A stretch of DNA of 64,000 nucleotides from Promethearchaeota archaeon (GCA_048939765.1 JBHLPF010000002.1:52163-116162), one strand, 5' to 3'; positions 19,878 to 28,994 are shown, counted from the stretch's first letter. Made by a program: numbers and translations. Notes: generated from the sequence alone by a model not told the origin.

Positions 19878-20471
19878 GTGTGGATGGATGTGCGCCTGGA
19901 AACACTGACCTATAAGGATGAGGTCTTTCATGTAGCCGTTGGGGAACTCGCCAATGTCAGCTGCTTGAACAGGGAGGAAATTGTTTCCTTGTCGTCTGAG
20001 CAAATTGAAGGAATTATGGCAGTACAACTGCTTGATTCGACTCTTGTAGCTGGAGCGTTGCACCTTCTCTCAGCTGCACAAAATGCGTTGAATGCTTGGA
20101 AGGGAAATTATGCGATTTCAAGAAACCTTGCCGTTGAGATACTACTCTATACTTCGGGTCAACATCAAATCGGAGTTGCATTAGACAAGCTAGGCGTCAA
20201 TGATGAAACAACATCCATTGCTGCAGTTGTCTTGGCCTCAGATGAAAGTAAACTGAAGCGTCACGTTGACTACCTCATCGATGAGATTGGGCCTGTAGTT
20301 CAGCACCCTTTTGCTCCCACAGAGGAACGGATGCAGCTCATAATGATGCACTTTGGAATTAATGACGCCGAAATCACTGCGGTTTCAACTTCAGAATCAC
20401 TTGAAGCAAGATATCAGGCTCTTTCAGGCTGTGTGATAAGCAGGGTATCCATGGTTGCCCTTGAAGCGTAA
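19878..20471 (+). CDS. cgi121: KEOPS subunit Cgi121
   Basis: QLLDSTLVAG...HL, SRNLAVEILLYTSGQHQIGVAL..LG. Confidence 0.88.
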   Translation: MWMDVRLETLTYKDEVFHVAVGELANVSCLNREEIVSLSSEQIEGIMAVQLLDSTLVAGALHLLSAAQNALNAWKGNYAISRNLAVEILLYTSGQHQIGVALDKLGVNDETTSIAAVVLASDESKLKRHVDYLIDEIGPVVQHPFAPTEERMQLIMMHFGINDAEITAVSTSESLEARYQALSGCVISRVSMVALEA

Positions 20472-20478
20472 CTCAGAA

Positions 20479-21012
20479 CTAAAACATATCATCTCGCATG
20501 GTCATAATCGAGAGAATGTCCTCATTTTGGCTTAGAATAGAGACCCCTGTCCATTCACCCACGATCTCAATCCACACAGTCTTATCAGGCTGGTCCAGGT
20601 TCACCCGTCTGGAAATCACAGCAGCCGCAGCATTCACTATCTCCATGTGTTCCAATTCAGTATGGCGCCGCCTCACAGTCACCCTGAATGAGTCACTCTC
20701 ATCTATCTTATAGCTCAATTCCTTTGTTGCATTCACTATGTTTTCTATTGATGTTGATACACATTTCTCAATTGGTGTGAATCGGATCGCGAATCGAAAT
20801 TGATAGGCGTTTTCTAGGGCGAACTCCTTCAATCTGTGAACAACCTCAAACGGATCTAGAGTAGTTAATGCGGCAAGCAGGCCAGAGATTGGTGTTTGGT
20901 ACACTCTAAGCTCGGCATCTTCCAAGAGGTCGCCAATGAAGTACTGTACTTCGGATTTTGCAGCTCTTTCCCGATCTCTAGGGCAACCCACAAGTAGATT
21001 GTAATTGTGCAG
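20479..21012 (-). CDS. Stand-alone THUMP-domain protein (Tan1-like tRNA adaptor)
   Basis: YNLLVGC, SFRVTVRRR, VNLDQPDKTVWIEIV. Start probably CTG 21012 after GAGG; the called ORF start (21078) overlaps sua5. Confidence 0.85.
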   Translation of the reverse strand: MHNYNLLVGCPRDRERAAKSEVQYFIGDLLEDAELRVYQTPISGLLAALTTLDPFEVVHRLKEFALENAYQFRFAIRFTPIEKCVSTSIENIVNATKELSYKIDESDSFRVTVRRRHTELEHMEIVNAAAAVISRRVNLDQPDKTVWIEIVGEWTGVSILSQNEDILSIMTMRDDMF

Positions 21013-21022
21013 ACCGTTCGCC

Positions 21023-21727
21023 TCACATTTCTGGATAGATGATACGATTTGTCCAGAGTCGCAATGCATCTGAATCAATTCTAAGGCTATCTGTTATCCT
21101 CTCCACACTCAGACTCCCCTCTCGATAGACCCTAATGTTCAATGGCCCTTCAGTTCCAGTTTCTTCTACTCCCAGAATTGTTGAGTTGGCATTTGCAGAG
21201 GATGGTCCGCCATCAATATAGAGGTCCACCTCATCTCCCAACTGCTCTCTTGCTGAGGATACTGTAAAGGGAGATTCGCCGCCGCTCAGATTTGCACTTG
21301 TGCCAACTATTGGCACTCCTAATTCCTTGGCAATCCTTCGTGGAATGAAATGATCGGGGACTCTTATCGCTGCGGATGTTCTGCCGCCAGTAATATAGTC
21401 TGGAATTGTGTCCTTTACCGTCACTATTAATGTCAATGCGCCAGGCCAGAAGAGTCGTGTTAAGACCCTCTCTAGATTTCCAAAGTGATGATACCTCTCA
21501 CATTGGCGAATGTCTGAAAATAGAAGCGGGACCCCGACTCCCCTATCTCTTTTCTTTGCTGCAATCAAGCGTTCAAGTGCCTGTTCTTGCATGGGGTCAC
21601 AGGCAATGCCGTAGCTCGTATCCGTCGGATAGACTACCAGCCCACCTTCCTGAATGACTCTTACTGCCTCCTGAATAACGGGGTCACAGCCCTCCTCATC
21701 CTTGACAGTAAGGACTCTAGATGTCAA
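21023..21727 (-). CDS. sua5: L-threonylcarbamoyladenylate synthase (Sua5/TsaC, single domain)
   Basis: VVYPTDTSYG, AKKR, FWPGALT, IRVPD, GTSANLSG, STI, REG. Confidence 0.93.
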   Translation of the reverse strand: MTSRVLTVKDEEGCDPVIQEAVRVIQEGGLVVYPTDTSYGIACDPMQEQALERLIAAKKRDRGVGVPLLFSDIRQCERYHHFGNLERVLTRLFWPGALTLIVTVKDTIPDYITGGRTSAAIRVPDHFIPRRIAKELGVPIVGTSANLSGGESPFTVSSAREQLGDEVDLYIDGGPSSANANSTILGVEETGTEGPLNIRVYREGSLSVERITDSLRIDSDALRLWTNRIIYPEM

Positions 21728-21770
21728 GATTAGTTACCATCTCCTTTCCTTACAAACACTGATATGAACC

Positions 21771-22838
21771 ATGCTATTTGGCTGGGTGAAAGGAGGAATA
21801 TGCATACACGCAGTAATTCTGGCTGCTGGCCGTGGTTCGCGAATGGGTGTCCTAAGTGACTCAATACCTAAGGGACTCATCCCTTTGGCAGGCAAGGCAA
21901 TTCTAACACGGCTACTTGATGTTTTGGTTGAGTCTGGAGTACATTCTATACATGTGGGGATTGGTTGGAAACATGACCTCTTCACGAAGCACTTGCATGA
22001 CGTCGCTAATTCCTACTCCACGCACATAGAGGCGGTTCAGGTTTCATCAATCGAGAGGGGCCCTCTTCATACTCTATCTACAGTCCTCGATGATTATGAT
22101 GATGAACCATTCCTGATATGCCCAGTCGATTATGTTGTTTCGCCATCCATAGTCGAACAACTCATAAAGGCACATGAGAGTGGTGGGAACTCTCGCATGC
22201 TGACAATCAGTGTAACATCGGAGTCGTCCAATGAATCCCCGACGTATATTCGTGATGGTGGCTTGGTTGCTGGCATAGGAACGCCCCTGATGGAGTTCAA
22301 TTCGGTTCATCACAGTGCTATGCTTGTGGCGGCCAATCCGGCCTCAATCAGTCATTTTCGAGCTGCTCATGCATCAGGCGAGAAGACCGTGGTAGCAGCC
22401 ATAAATCAAATGATATCTCAACGAATGAATGTTTATGCAGCTAAAGTGGCTGGGAAGTGGGCAGATATCGACTCGCTCCCAGACCTTCTTCGTGCAATGG
22501 AGCTGATTCTGTCTGAACAGGTCGAGCCAATCGAGGGCTGTATCATTGTCCCACCTGGTGATACCATTGAGATAGGCGATTCTTTCGAAATCTCATCGGG
22601 AACACTCATTGCATCCGGTGTGACCATAACTGGGCCAGCATTCATAGGTCCTGCATGCAGCCTTGGAGAGAGATGTAGGATTGGTCCGAGCGTGAGCATG
22701 GAGCATGATACAAGACTTCCCAAAGAGGTCACTATCGAAAACTGCCTATTGTTCAATTCAGCCCGAGTCAAGGCGAGAACTCAGGTCAAGGATGCTATTG
22801 TGTTTGGCAGCAAAATCATTACCAAGGAGAGTGTATGA
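21771..22838 (+). CDS. Sugar-phosphate nucleotidyltransferase with C-terminal left-handed beta-helix
   Basis: AVILAAGRGSRMG...IPKGL, WADID, hexapeptide repeats ITGPAFIGPACSLG. Confidence 0.88.
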   Translation: MLFGWVKGGICIHAVILAAGRGSRMGVLSDSIPKGLIPLAGKAILTRLLDVLVESGVHSIHVGIGWKHDLFTKHLHDVANSYSTHIEAVQVSSIERGPLHTLSTVLDDYDDEPFLICPVDYVVSPSIVEQLIKAHESGGNSRMLTISVTSESSNESPTYIRDGGLVAGIGTPLMEFNSVHHSAMLVAANPASISHFRAAHASGEKTVVAAINQMISQRMNVYAAKVAGKWADIDSLPDLLRAMELILSEQVEPIEGCIIVPPGDTIEIGDSFEISSGTLIASGVTITGPAFIGPACSLGERCRIGPSVSMEHDTRLPKEVTIENCLLFNSARVKARTQVKDAIVFGSKIITKESV

Positions 22839-23466
22839 TATCTCACCAAGCAAATTCAGAGTTAGAGGCATTTTCAGAAGTGCTGTCACTGCGGTCGCAA
22901 AACCGCTTGTGAAGCGTAATGTGAAACCTGACTCGATCACCTACCTCACAGTCCTGATGGCTCTTCTCGCTTTCCTTGTATTGACCATTATGAATTCCCA
23001 GCCTATCTATGGGTTGCTAGTGTTTTTCGTAGGATTTCTGGACGGTGTTGATGGAGTAGTAGCAAGAGAGGGGAATCTGACTTCAAAAGCAGGAGCACTT
23101 ACTGACTCATTCATGGATAAAGTATCTGAAGCAATCCTACTTTTTGCCATCGCTGTGGCTTTTGAATCATCATCATTCGCTGGAATTTCAATTCCACTCT
23201 GGGTGCTTGTTTGCATAACCGGATGGCTCCTGACCAGCTATAGCAGGTCACGCGCAGCAAGTCTGGGAGTGACGGACCTTGATGTGGGATTAGGCGCGAG
23301 GTCAGAGCGTCTACTCACACTGGTCATTTTTGCCATGCTTAGCTTTGTCATATGGGGTCTTATAGTCGTGACAATCATGGGTCTCTTAACTGCAGCCTAC
23401 CGATTCTATCACTATAAGCGAGATCTTCTTACTACGAGTGATGAGCCTCAGGGCCATCACATTTAA
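22831..23466 (+). CDS. CDP-alcohol phosphatidyltransferase
   Basis: DGVDGVVAR-x7-GALTDSFMD signature, SYSRSRA, RSER; TM helices. Confidence 0.92.
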   Translation: MYDISPSKFRVRGIFRSAVTAVAKPLVKRNVKPDSITYLTVLMALLAFLVLTIMNSQPIYGLLVFFVGFLDGVDGVVAREGNLTSKAGALTDSFMDKVSEAILLFAIAVAFESSSFAGISIPLWVLVCITGWLLTSYSRSRAASLGVTDLDVGLGARSERLLTLVIFAMLSFVIWGLIVVTIMGLLTAAYRFYHYKRDLLTTSDEPQGHHI

Positions 23467-23500
23467 GAGCGGAGCGCCGACAGGCGGCTTCATCATATTG

Positions 23501-23932
23501 ATGGAGCCAATGTTCATGCCTAAGTTCAGAGCTGATCATTACCTGATAGCGGAGTTCGCAGAGATTAAGGATACAAAGACCTCGGGCCAATTAGTTCTTG
23601 ATGCGCTAAAGGAGCTCCCAGAATTAAGGGACCTGGCCATAGTGTCAAAGAGATTGGAAGGTAAATCCTGGTCGGAAATCCTCGGTCGAATCGACATCCC
23701 TGCTGGTTCCAAGGCCTTCTGGGCGATGATTAAGAAAGATGTGTCTGAAAGGGAGCCCTATAACTTATTCATCAGGTTTGATATGAATGCAGAGGCAGAG
23801 AATATCGAGATGGCACGGGCAAGTGTAAAGAATTGGCTTGAAACCGAAGTAGTTCCTCGCATTAAATCCAAGACCTCAGTGAAAAAGATTGAAGTGCTAC
23901 AACCAAACGAAGTCTTCATGCCAGCGCTGTAA
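23501..23932 (+). CDS. Hypothetical protein
   Basis: Clean ORF with soluble protein composition; no family recognised. Confidence 0.7.
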   Translation: MEPMFMPKFRADHYLIAEFAEIKDTKTSGQLVLDALKELPELRDLAIVSKRLEGKSWSEILGRIDIPAGSKAFWAMIKKDVSEREPYNLFIRFDMNAEAENIEMARASVKNWLETEVVPRIKSKTSVKKIEVLQPNEVFMPAL

Positions 23933-23935
23933 ATG

Positions 23936-24946
23936 TCACTCATCTTGAATCTTGATGAGGAAGATCTTGTTCCCTATTGCCTGTACAATTTCATTTCTTG
24001 AATCCCCAGTAACATCACCAAAAGCTACTTGCGACTCAGCAGATTTTGAGGCGGTCTTTAGAGCAGCCTCCTCAACAAGCTCAATCCCATTGAAACCTAG
24101 CAAGAGAATTGTGGAGTCCAGCAAGCTCAGGAGAATCTGTCCCGCAGCGGTGTCTTTAAGTATTCTACCCATTCTCACTGCTGTCACCGGAGCCGGGGCT
24201 TTAATTTCAAGAACTTTTTCCAGAGTCTGTTGTTCCACTCTTAGGAGTGTGATTGTACGCTTGTCTGACACACAGACAATCTCGTCATATCTTCCGCCTG
24301 CAATATTACCAGTGGCAATATGATAGACCTCCTTTCCCACCTTCATCCTCCATACTTCATGAAGCCTATCATCCGCATATTGATACACGAAGATGTTGCC
24401 AGTCTCATCCCCGAAAACAAATCTGCTGTAGGGAACATTCTCTATTGATAGTCTTCGCATAGAAAGAACAGGATTATCGACTACCTTGTGGGCCAGCTTG
24501 TCCAGAACCACGTCAAACCATCCGTAGCATCTAAGGGCTTGGTCAGTTGTAGATACTATGACTTCTGCGCTCTTGTCACTAAGCACATTTGCTACTACCA
24601 GCGAGGTAGGAATGGCTCCTACAGGGATGGAGCTCTTCACTTGGAGCTTGTTGTCCATGAACACAAGCAGCCGGAGCTGGTTGTCAAGCCCTGCTACAAC
24701 AAAGTCAGGGGTTCCATTTCCCAGAACATCTCCAACATCCAATGCAGCTACTGGTGGGAGGTCGCTTGTGTTTGCTATCTCCTCAAGCCTTGGCCTCTTA
24801 CCTTTTGTCAACTCAAAGACCCGCAGATCCCCGTTCATAGTGGATACCACAACATTCGCTCTTCCACTGCCCGTGAGATCTACAACTTCGAGTGATGTGA
24901 CTCCTTCTTTGAAGGAGTGCTCGGTTAGTAAGCTAAGCTTGGTCAT
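23936..24946 (-). CDS. FG-GAP/VCBS-like repeat beta-propeller protein, no signal peptide
   Basis: Repeats DLTGSGRANVVV, GDVLGNGTPDFVV, ANVLSDKSAEVIV, GNIAGGRYDEIV, GDVTGDSRNEIV; GAGG RBS before ATG 24946. Confidence 0.8.
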   Translation of the reverse strand: MTKLSLLTEHSFKEGVTSLEVVDLTGSGRANVVVSTMNGDLRVFELTKGKRPRLEEIANTSDLPPVAALDVGDVLGNGTPDFVVAGLDNQLRLLVFMDNKLQVKSSIPVGAIPTSLVVANVLSDKSAEVIVSTTDQALRCYGWFDVVLDKLAHKVVDNPVLSMRRLSIENVPYSRFVFGDETGNIFVYQYADDRLHEVWRMKVGKEVYHIATGNIAGGRYDEIVCVSDKRTITLLRVEQQTLEKVLEIKAPAPVTAVRMGRILKDTAAGQILLSLLDSTILLLGFNGIELVEEAALKTASKSAESQVAFGDVTGDSRNEIVQAIGNKIFLIKIQDE

Positions 24947-25100
24947 CTGGCACTGACCTCGTGAGAAGAGGCGCTGTGAAGCAAAAACTCCGTTTCCCTG
25001 ATTTAAGAGTTGCTCCAACAAGCTTCGAATCTTTTCAGCCGGATCGCTCAATCCAACTGATGCGTTTAAGATGACCTTTGCGGGATATGAAGATGAATAT

Positions 25101-25652
25101 ATGATGGCTGAGAAAACGCGAAAACCACTCCTTACTGAGGAATACTGGACTTCTACAGAATATGAAGTCCAATCTGAGATCCAATCGTTCATAGATGAAT
25201 TTGGTGCTTTTACACCCGAGTGGTTTGTAGACATCAAGTTTCATCTGCTGCGTGAATCAGGACTGACAAAGGAGAGTAGAAATGAATTATGCAGACTCTC
25301 AATTCACGCAAGTCTTTGTCCTAAGTGCGATTTTCTCTATGTTGCCAAAAGGTGTCTTCTTTGGAGCAGACTGTTTCGGATAAACCCAAGGATTATCGAA
25401 CGTGCACCACCTTGCATTCAGGAAGCATTCAAGAACAACCGGATAAAGATAGTCGCAGATTTTCTAGTCGTTGCTAACCTCATCGACCCTCCTTTCTATA
25501 AGGTGCGATCAGCCCCGTGGTGCAAGACCCTGCGAGGGTGGGGTTATTGCACTCCTGATGAGTATTGTGAGGCAATGGCGCGCGAGAATACACTGGAGTA
25601 TAGTGCCGCGCGTGAGAGGGTTAAGAGATCCAGGGACTTCTCCCCCGAGTGA
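25101..25652 (+). CDS. Cys-rich protein resembling the Fe-S C-terminal domain of primase large subunit
   Basis: PPCIQ...PWCKTLRGWGYCTPDEYC...NTLEY parallels the PriL PPC...PxCxxxxxxGxC..D..C...PLxY pattern. Confidence 0.6.
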   Translation: MMAEKTRKPLLTEEYWTSTEYEVQSEIQSFIDEFGAFTPEWFVDIKFHLLRESGLTKESRNELCRLSIHASLCPKCDFLYVAKRCLLWSRLFRINPRIIERAPPCIQEAFKNNRIKIVADFLVVANLIDPPFYKVRSAPWCKTLRGWGYCTPDEYCEAMARENTLEYSAARERVKRSRDFSPE

Positions 25653-25761
25653 AATGCTCTCTATCATAGTCATTGCTTAAATAACGGGGGACTATGGAAT
25701 ACGCAGGTGAAAGGAGATTATACGTGGAGATAGTGCGGCCATCCAAGACCTTGATGCAGAA

Positions 25762-27249
25762 ATGGCTGAATTGATTCGACTGACAGGTTTTCGTGAGCAC
25801 ACCATTTTGGAAGCCAAGTCCAAGAAAGGTGCTGCTTGGGATGAAATCCAAGGTAAGATAGAACGACGTAAACGGCTTTGGTCTGTAGAAGAAAAACACA
25901 CTCGGCAGAAAGCAATCCAGGATCCGGTGCATGGTGCTATCCTTTTTGCACCCTGGGAGTTGGATATCTTGTCAAGCATTGAGATGCTACGGTTGCGTTT
26001 CGTGAAGCAACTCGGTCCGGCTCATCTGGTGTATCCCGGGGCAACGCATACTCGTTTCCTTCACTGCATTGGAACTAATTTCTTAGCGCAGAAATGCATA
26101 CGAGTCGTCAACTATTGCGATGACTTGGATGACGCATGTTTTCACCCACTTTCCGACCTATTGGATGACTACCAGCAGAGAGTATTCCGTGCGGCGGCGC
26201 TTCTTCATGATGTTGGCCATCCTCCAACATCACACACTATTGAGTATGCATTGGAGAGTTGGGCTGGAATTGATCATTTGGATTTGGGTGAGTATCTTAT
26301 CAAGCATAGTAGTCTCTCAGATATATTGAAGGATCATGGTATCGAACCAAGAATTGTTGTCGATGTATTCAGAAGAAAAGCAAAAGATCCTGTTTGGATG
26401 CTGCTGTCAGATTTTCTTGACCATCCTTTGGATATTGACAAGACAGACTATCTGATTCGAGATGCTCATTTCAGTGGAGTCCAGCTTGGCATATTTCCCG
26501 CTGAGCGTGTTATGTTGACCAACCGAGTTGTCAGAAATCGAGATGGCAACTATGAAAGAGCGTTCATGCTAAAAGCCCTCCATTCTCTGGAGTCGCTAAT
26601 TATGAGTAGGAATTGGATGTTCAGCGACCTCTATCTTCATCATGCTGTGAAGCTGGCAGAAGCAATAACATCTAAGGCCACCTACTTCCGGCTTCAAGAG
26701 GAAGACCTCTCTAGAACTGAATGCTTTGGACTCTTCACGCGAATGACTGATGCTGACCTCTATCTGTGGTTCAAGAATTCTGGGATTGAATTTGTGAGGG
26801 ACTATGCACGGAGAATCAGACACAGGAGGATGTTCAAAGTGGTCCTAGCAAGGTCCCTCTCATCATTTGAAGAAGCTTCGAGAGATGCATTACTTGCAAC
26901 TCTGACAGATATTGAGAAACTAATAGATATTGAATCGGAGGTTGCTGGAGATATCGGAAAAGTCATTGTTGATGTTGTGAATCCTAAGCTGGGCGAAGAT
27001 ATCCTCGGCAAGATTCCTCTTTTGGTAGGAGGAGAAGGTAGCAGCCTTGATACAGTGACTCTTGACTCCATCGAAGAGGGCCAACCCCTAATGCAGATCC
27101 TCAATAAACAGAAGCATACAGCGCCGGCAGTTCGTGTCTACTCCGACCCCCAAGACGCAGCCGGTATTCGTAAGAGATTCTTTCAGATGTTCTCTGCAAT
27201 TCCAGGTGCAAAGGATTTGCGCAATGAATATGACATGACAGAAGCCTAG
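25762..27249 (+). CDS. HD-domain phosphohydrolase, SAMHD1/dNTPase-like
   Basis: IQDPVHG, RLRFVKQLG, YPGATHTRF.H, LLHDVGHPP.SH, DIDKTDYLIRD, LYLHH. Confidence 0.9.
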   Translation: MAELIRLTGFREHTILEAKSKKGAAWDEIQGKIERRKRLWSVEEKHTRQKAIQDPVHGAILFAPWELDILSSIEMLRLRFVKQLGPAHLVYPGATHTRFLHCIGTNFLAQKCIRVVNYCDDLDDACFHPLSDLLDDYQQRVFRAAALLHDVGHPPTSHTIEYALESWAGIDHLDLGEYLIKHSSLSDILKDHGIEPRIVVDVFRRKAKDPVWMLLSDFLDHPLDIDKTDYLIRDAHFSGVQLGIFPAERVMLTNRVVRNRDGNYERAFMLKALHSLESLIMSRNWMFSDLYLHHAVKLAEAITSKATYFRLQEEDLSRTECFGLFTRMTDADLYLWFKNSGIEFVRDYARRIRHRRMFKVVLARSLSSFEEASRDALLATLTDIEKLIDIESEVAGDIGKVIVDVVNPKLGEDILGKIPLLVGGEGSSLDTVTLDSIEEGQPLMQILNKQKHTAPAVRVYSDPQDAAGIRKRFFQMFSAIPGAKDLRNEYDMTEA

Positions 27250-27262
27250 AGCAATTTGCCTA

Positions 27263-27946
27263 TCATCCCATGATAGCAGGTACCAACGCTTTGACCATTT
27301 TGAACCCATGTTCAATGTAGACAATGCCATAGATTGCTTCCACAAGGGTTCCCTTATCGTGGTCCATCTCAGTCTTACTAGGACTATCTGGGTCAAAATG
27401 GATACGTTGTTCATAGAGGCCCCATGAGTCACAGACTTTCGCCAGATGCTCATTGCTCACAACGTCAGCCCGCCGCTGAGTCAATGTACCTACATCTACA
27501 GCTCTAGGAGTCCAAATATGATGCAACACCGCCATTGAAATTGCCGCATCACCCACAAGTGCTAATGATTGAGCCATCTCACTAAGGGACAGAAGTACCG
27601 CGTAGTCTTCATTCTCAAGTGGACACCTTTTGTCATTGACAAGATGAACCTCCATTTCACTGAACAGGTTCTTGGTACTTGGTTGGAACATAGCAACCTG
27701 CAGAAGTTCCGGCTCTACTATTGAAACGCCTAATGCCTTCTCAATTCTAGGTCTAAGCCTAGTCCGAATCATGTGCAGGGATTCAATGATTTGGGAGAGC
27801 TGTCGACCCCATTTCCTGGTCTTACGTAGCATTCGTGTGCTGTTGGAAGGTATTGTCGTTTCGACATCTTTGACAGTCTTTGCTATTACCTTTAGGGTCC
27901 TTTCAAGCCCGATCGGCTCCCATGAAAGATCACGGCCGTCTGTCAT
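27263..27946 (-). CDS. RNase III-domain protein (Mini-III-like, no dsRBD)
   Basis: LALVGDAAI, GTLTQRRADVVSNEHLA, GTLVEAIYGIVY; the ORF ends right after the catalytic domain. Confidence 0.8.
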   Translation of the reverse strand: MTDGRDLSWEPIGLERTLKVIAKTVKDVETTIPSNSTRMLRKTRKWGRQLSQIIESLHMIRTRLRPRIEKALGVSIVEPELLQVAMFQPSTKNLFSEMEVHLVNDKRCPLENEDYAVLLSLSEMAQSLALVGDAAISMAVLHHIWTPRAVDVGTLTQRRADVVSNEHLAKVCDSWGLYEQRIHFDPDSPSKTEMDHDKGTLVEAIYGIVYIEHGFKMVKALVPAIMG

Positions 27947-27953
27947 TAATGCT

Positions 27954-28766
27954 TCAACCCCTTGGCAACACTCTGGTTATGATATTGTCTCCATCCTTGT
28001 GCCTCACAAATATAGCACTCAGTGAGTAATGCATAGCCAATAGTGAGAGTGCAAGCACAATCAGAGGAGGTCCTGTTGAGAGATCAATAACAAGGTCATA
28101 TTGTGTGATGTTGTCTGTTATTATGTTCTCAATCTCCCGCTGTGTGAGCATGACATCACCTGGAATATTCGTGTCATAGTTGCCTGCTGAGTCGACAGGC
28201 AAATCATGCCACTGTATCTCCCATTTTGGTTCAGCCTTCTCAGGCAGGTATCGTGCCAGGTCTCTTGATGAGCCTCTAGCAAAAGTCCTGTCTTCAACAA
28301 TGACATGAAGAACTCTGACATCGAAATCTTTCTGGTCATTTAGCCATGTGATGAACGGTCTCTGATCTTCTGGACGTGACATCGAGGTTATGAGAGCAAC
28401 CGGTCGTGTTATTCCTAGTACTCTTCTCACTGGTTGGATAGCCCATGGCACTAAACCAAAGAGTCGAATTCGTGAACTCTTCCTGCTAGTGATTATCTGG
28501 AGGTTCTCAAGATGTTTCGTATTATGATACAGATGTGGATCGGTGACATTAATCGCTTGTATCTGCTTCTTGGTGAGCTTGCGCTTCTCATCTCTTGCCC
28601 TATCCATCTCTTGAGTCTGCTTGAAGCGTTTGATTGCCTCTCGCAGTTCTATCCCTGTCTTTGGGCCCCCTTCCAGAAGGTCCAGGATTATTCTCCTGGC
28701 GTCTATCTGAATCTCCCGACTGATGACCGTGTCTGCTGTTTCCCAGAACATCGTTTCGCGCCACAT
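27954..28766 (-). CDS. Transcriptional regulator, N-terminal winged HTH plus C-terminal CARF-like Rossmann domain
   Basis: RRIILDLLEGGPKTGIEL...LYHNTKHLENLQII (wHTH); VALITSMS, VLHVIV, LVIDLSTGPPLIVLALSLLA, AIFV (CARF strand/helix order). Confidence 0.7.
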   Translation of the reverse strand: MWRETMFWETADTVISREIQIDARRIILDLLEGGPKTGIELREAIKRFKQTQEMDRARDEKRKLTKKQIQAINVTDPHLYHNTKHLENLQIITSRKSSRIRLFGLVPWAIQPVRRVLGITRPVALITSMSRPEDQRPFITWLNDQKDFDVRVLHVIVEDRTFARGSSRDLARYLPEKAEPKWEIQWHDLPVDSAGNYDTNIPGDVMLTQREIENIITDNITQYDLVIDLSTGPPLIVLALSLLAMHYSLSAIFVRHKDGDNIITRVLPRG

Positions 28767-28986
28767 TAACTCAAAAACATATATCATATATATATTCCGT
28801 CTATGTAATGGTGTTTTATACACTGATAATTAATACAAAACTATGCTTAATGATGTATATATGGCCATTTGAGAGGCATTTTAAAGCTAGTAAAAGCGTC
28901 AGACATATAAGACCTATGTATATCTCGTATCAATCGAATATACCTTAGACTTCTATTTGAATTAAAGAGACCAAGACAGAATAGCC

Positions 28987-28994
28987 TTAAATAT
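28987..28994 (+). promoter_or_regulatory. Putative TATA box of the actin promoter
   Basis: TTAAATAT preceded by purine-rich GACAGAATAG, about 100 nt upstream of the actin ATG. Confidence 0.5.

Noticed and set aside
24947-25237. Long N-terminal extension of the propeller ORF overlapping the divergent gene
   Set aside because: ATG 24946 has an RBS and begins the repeats; the extension overlaps the 25101 gene on the opposite strand.
27954-28766. CARF gene as evidence of a CRISPR-Cas locus
   Set aside because: No repeat-spacer array or cas genes are visible anywhere in the window.
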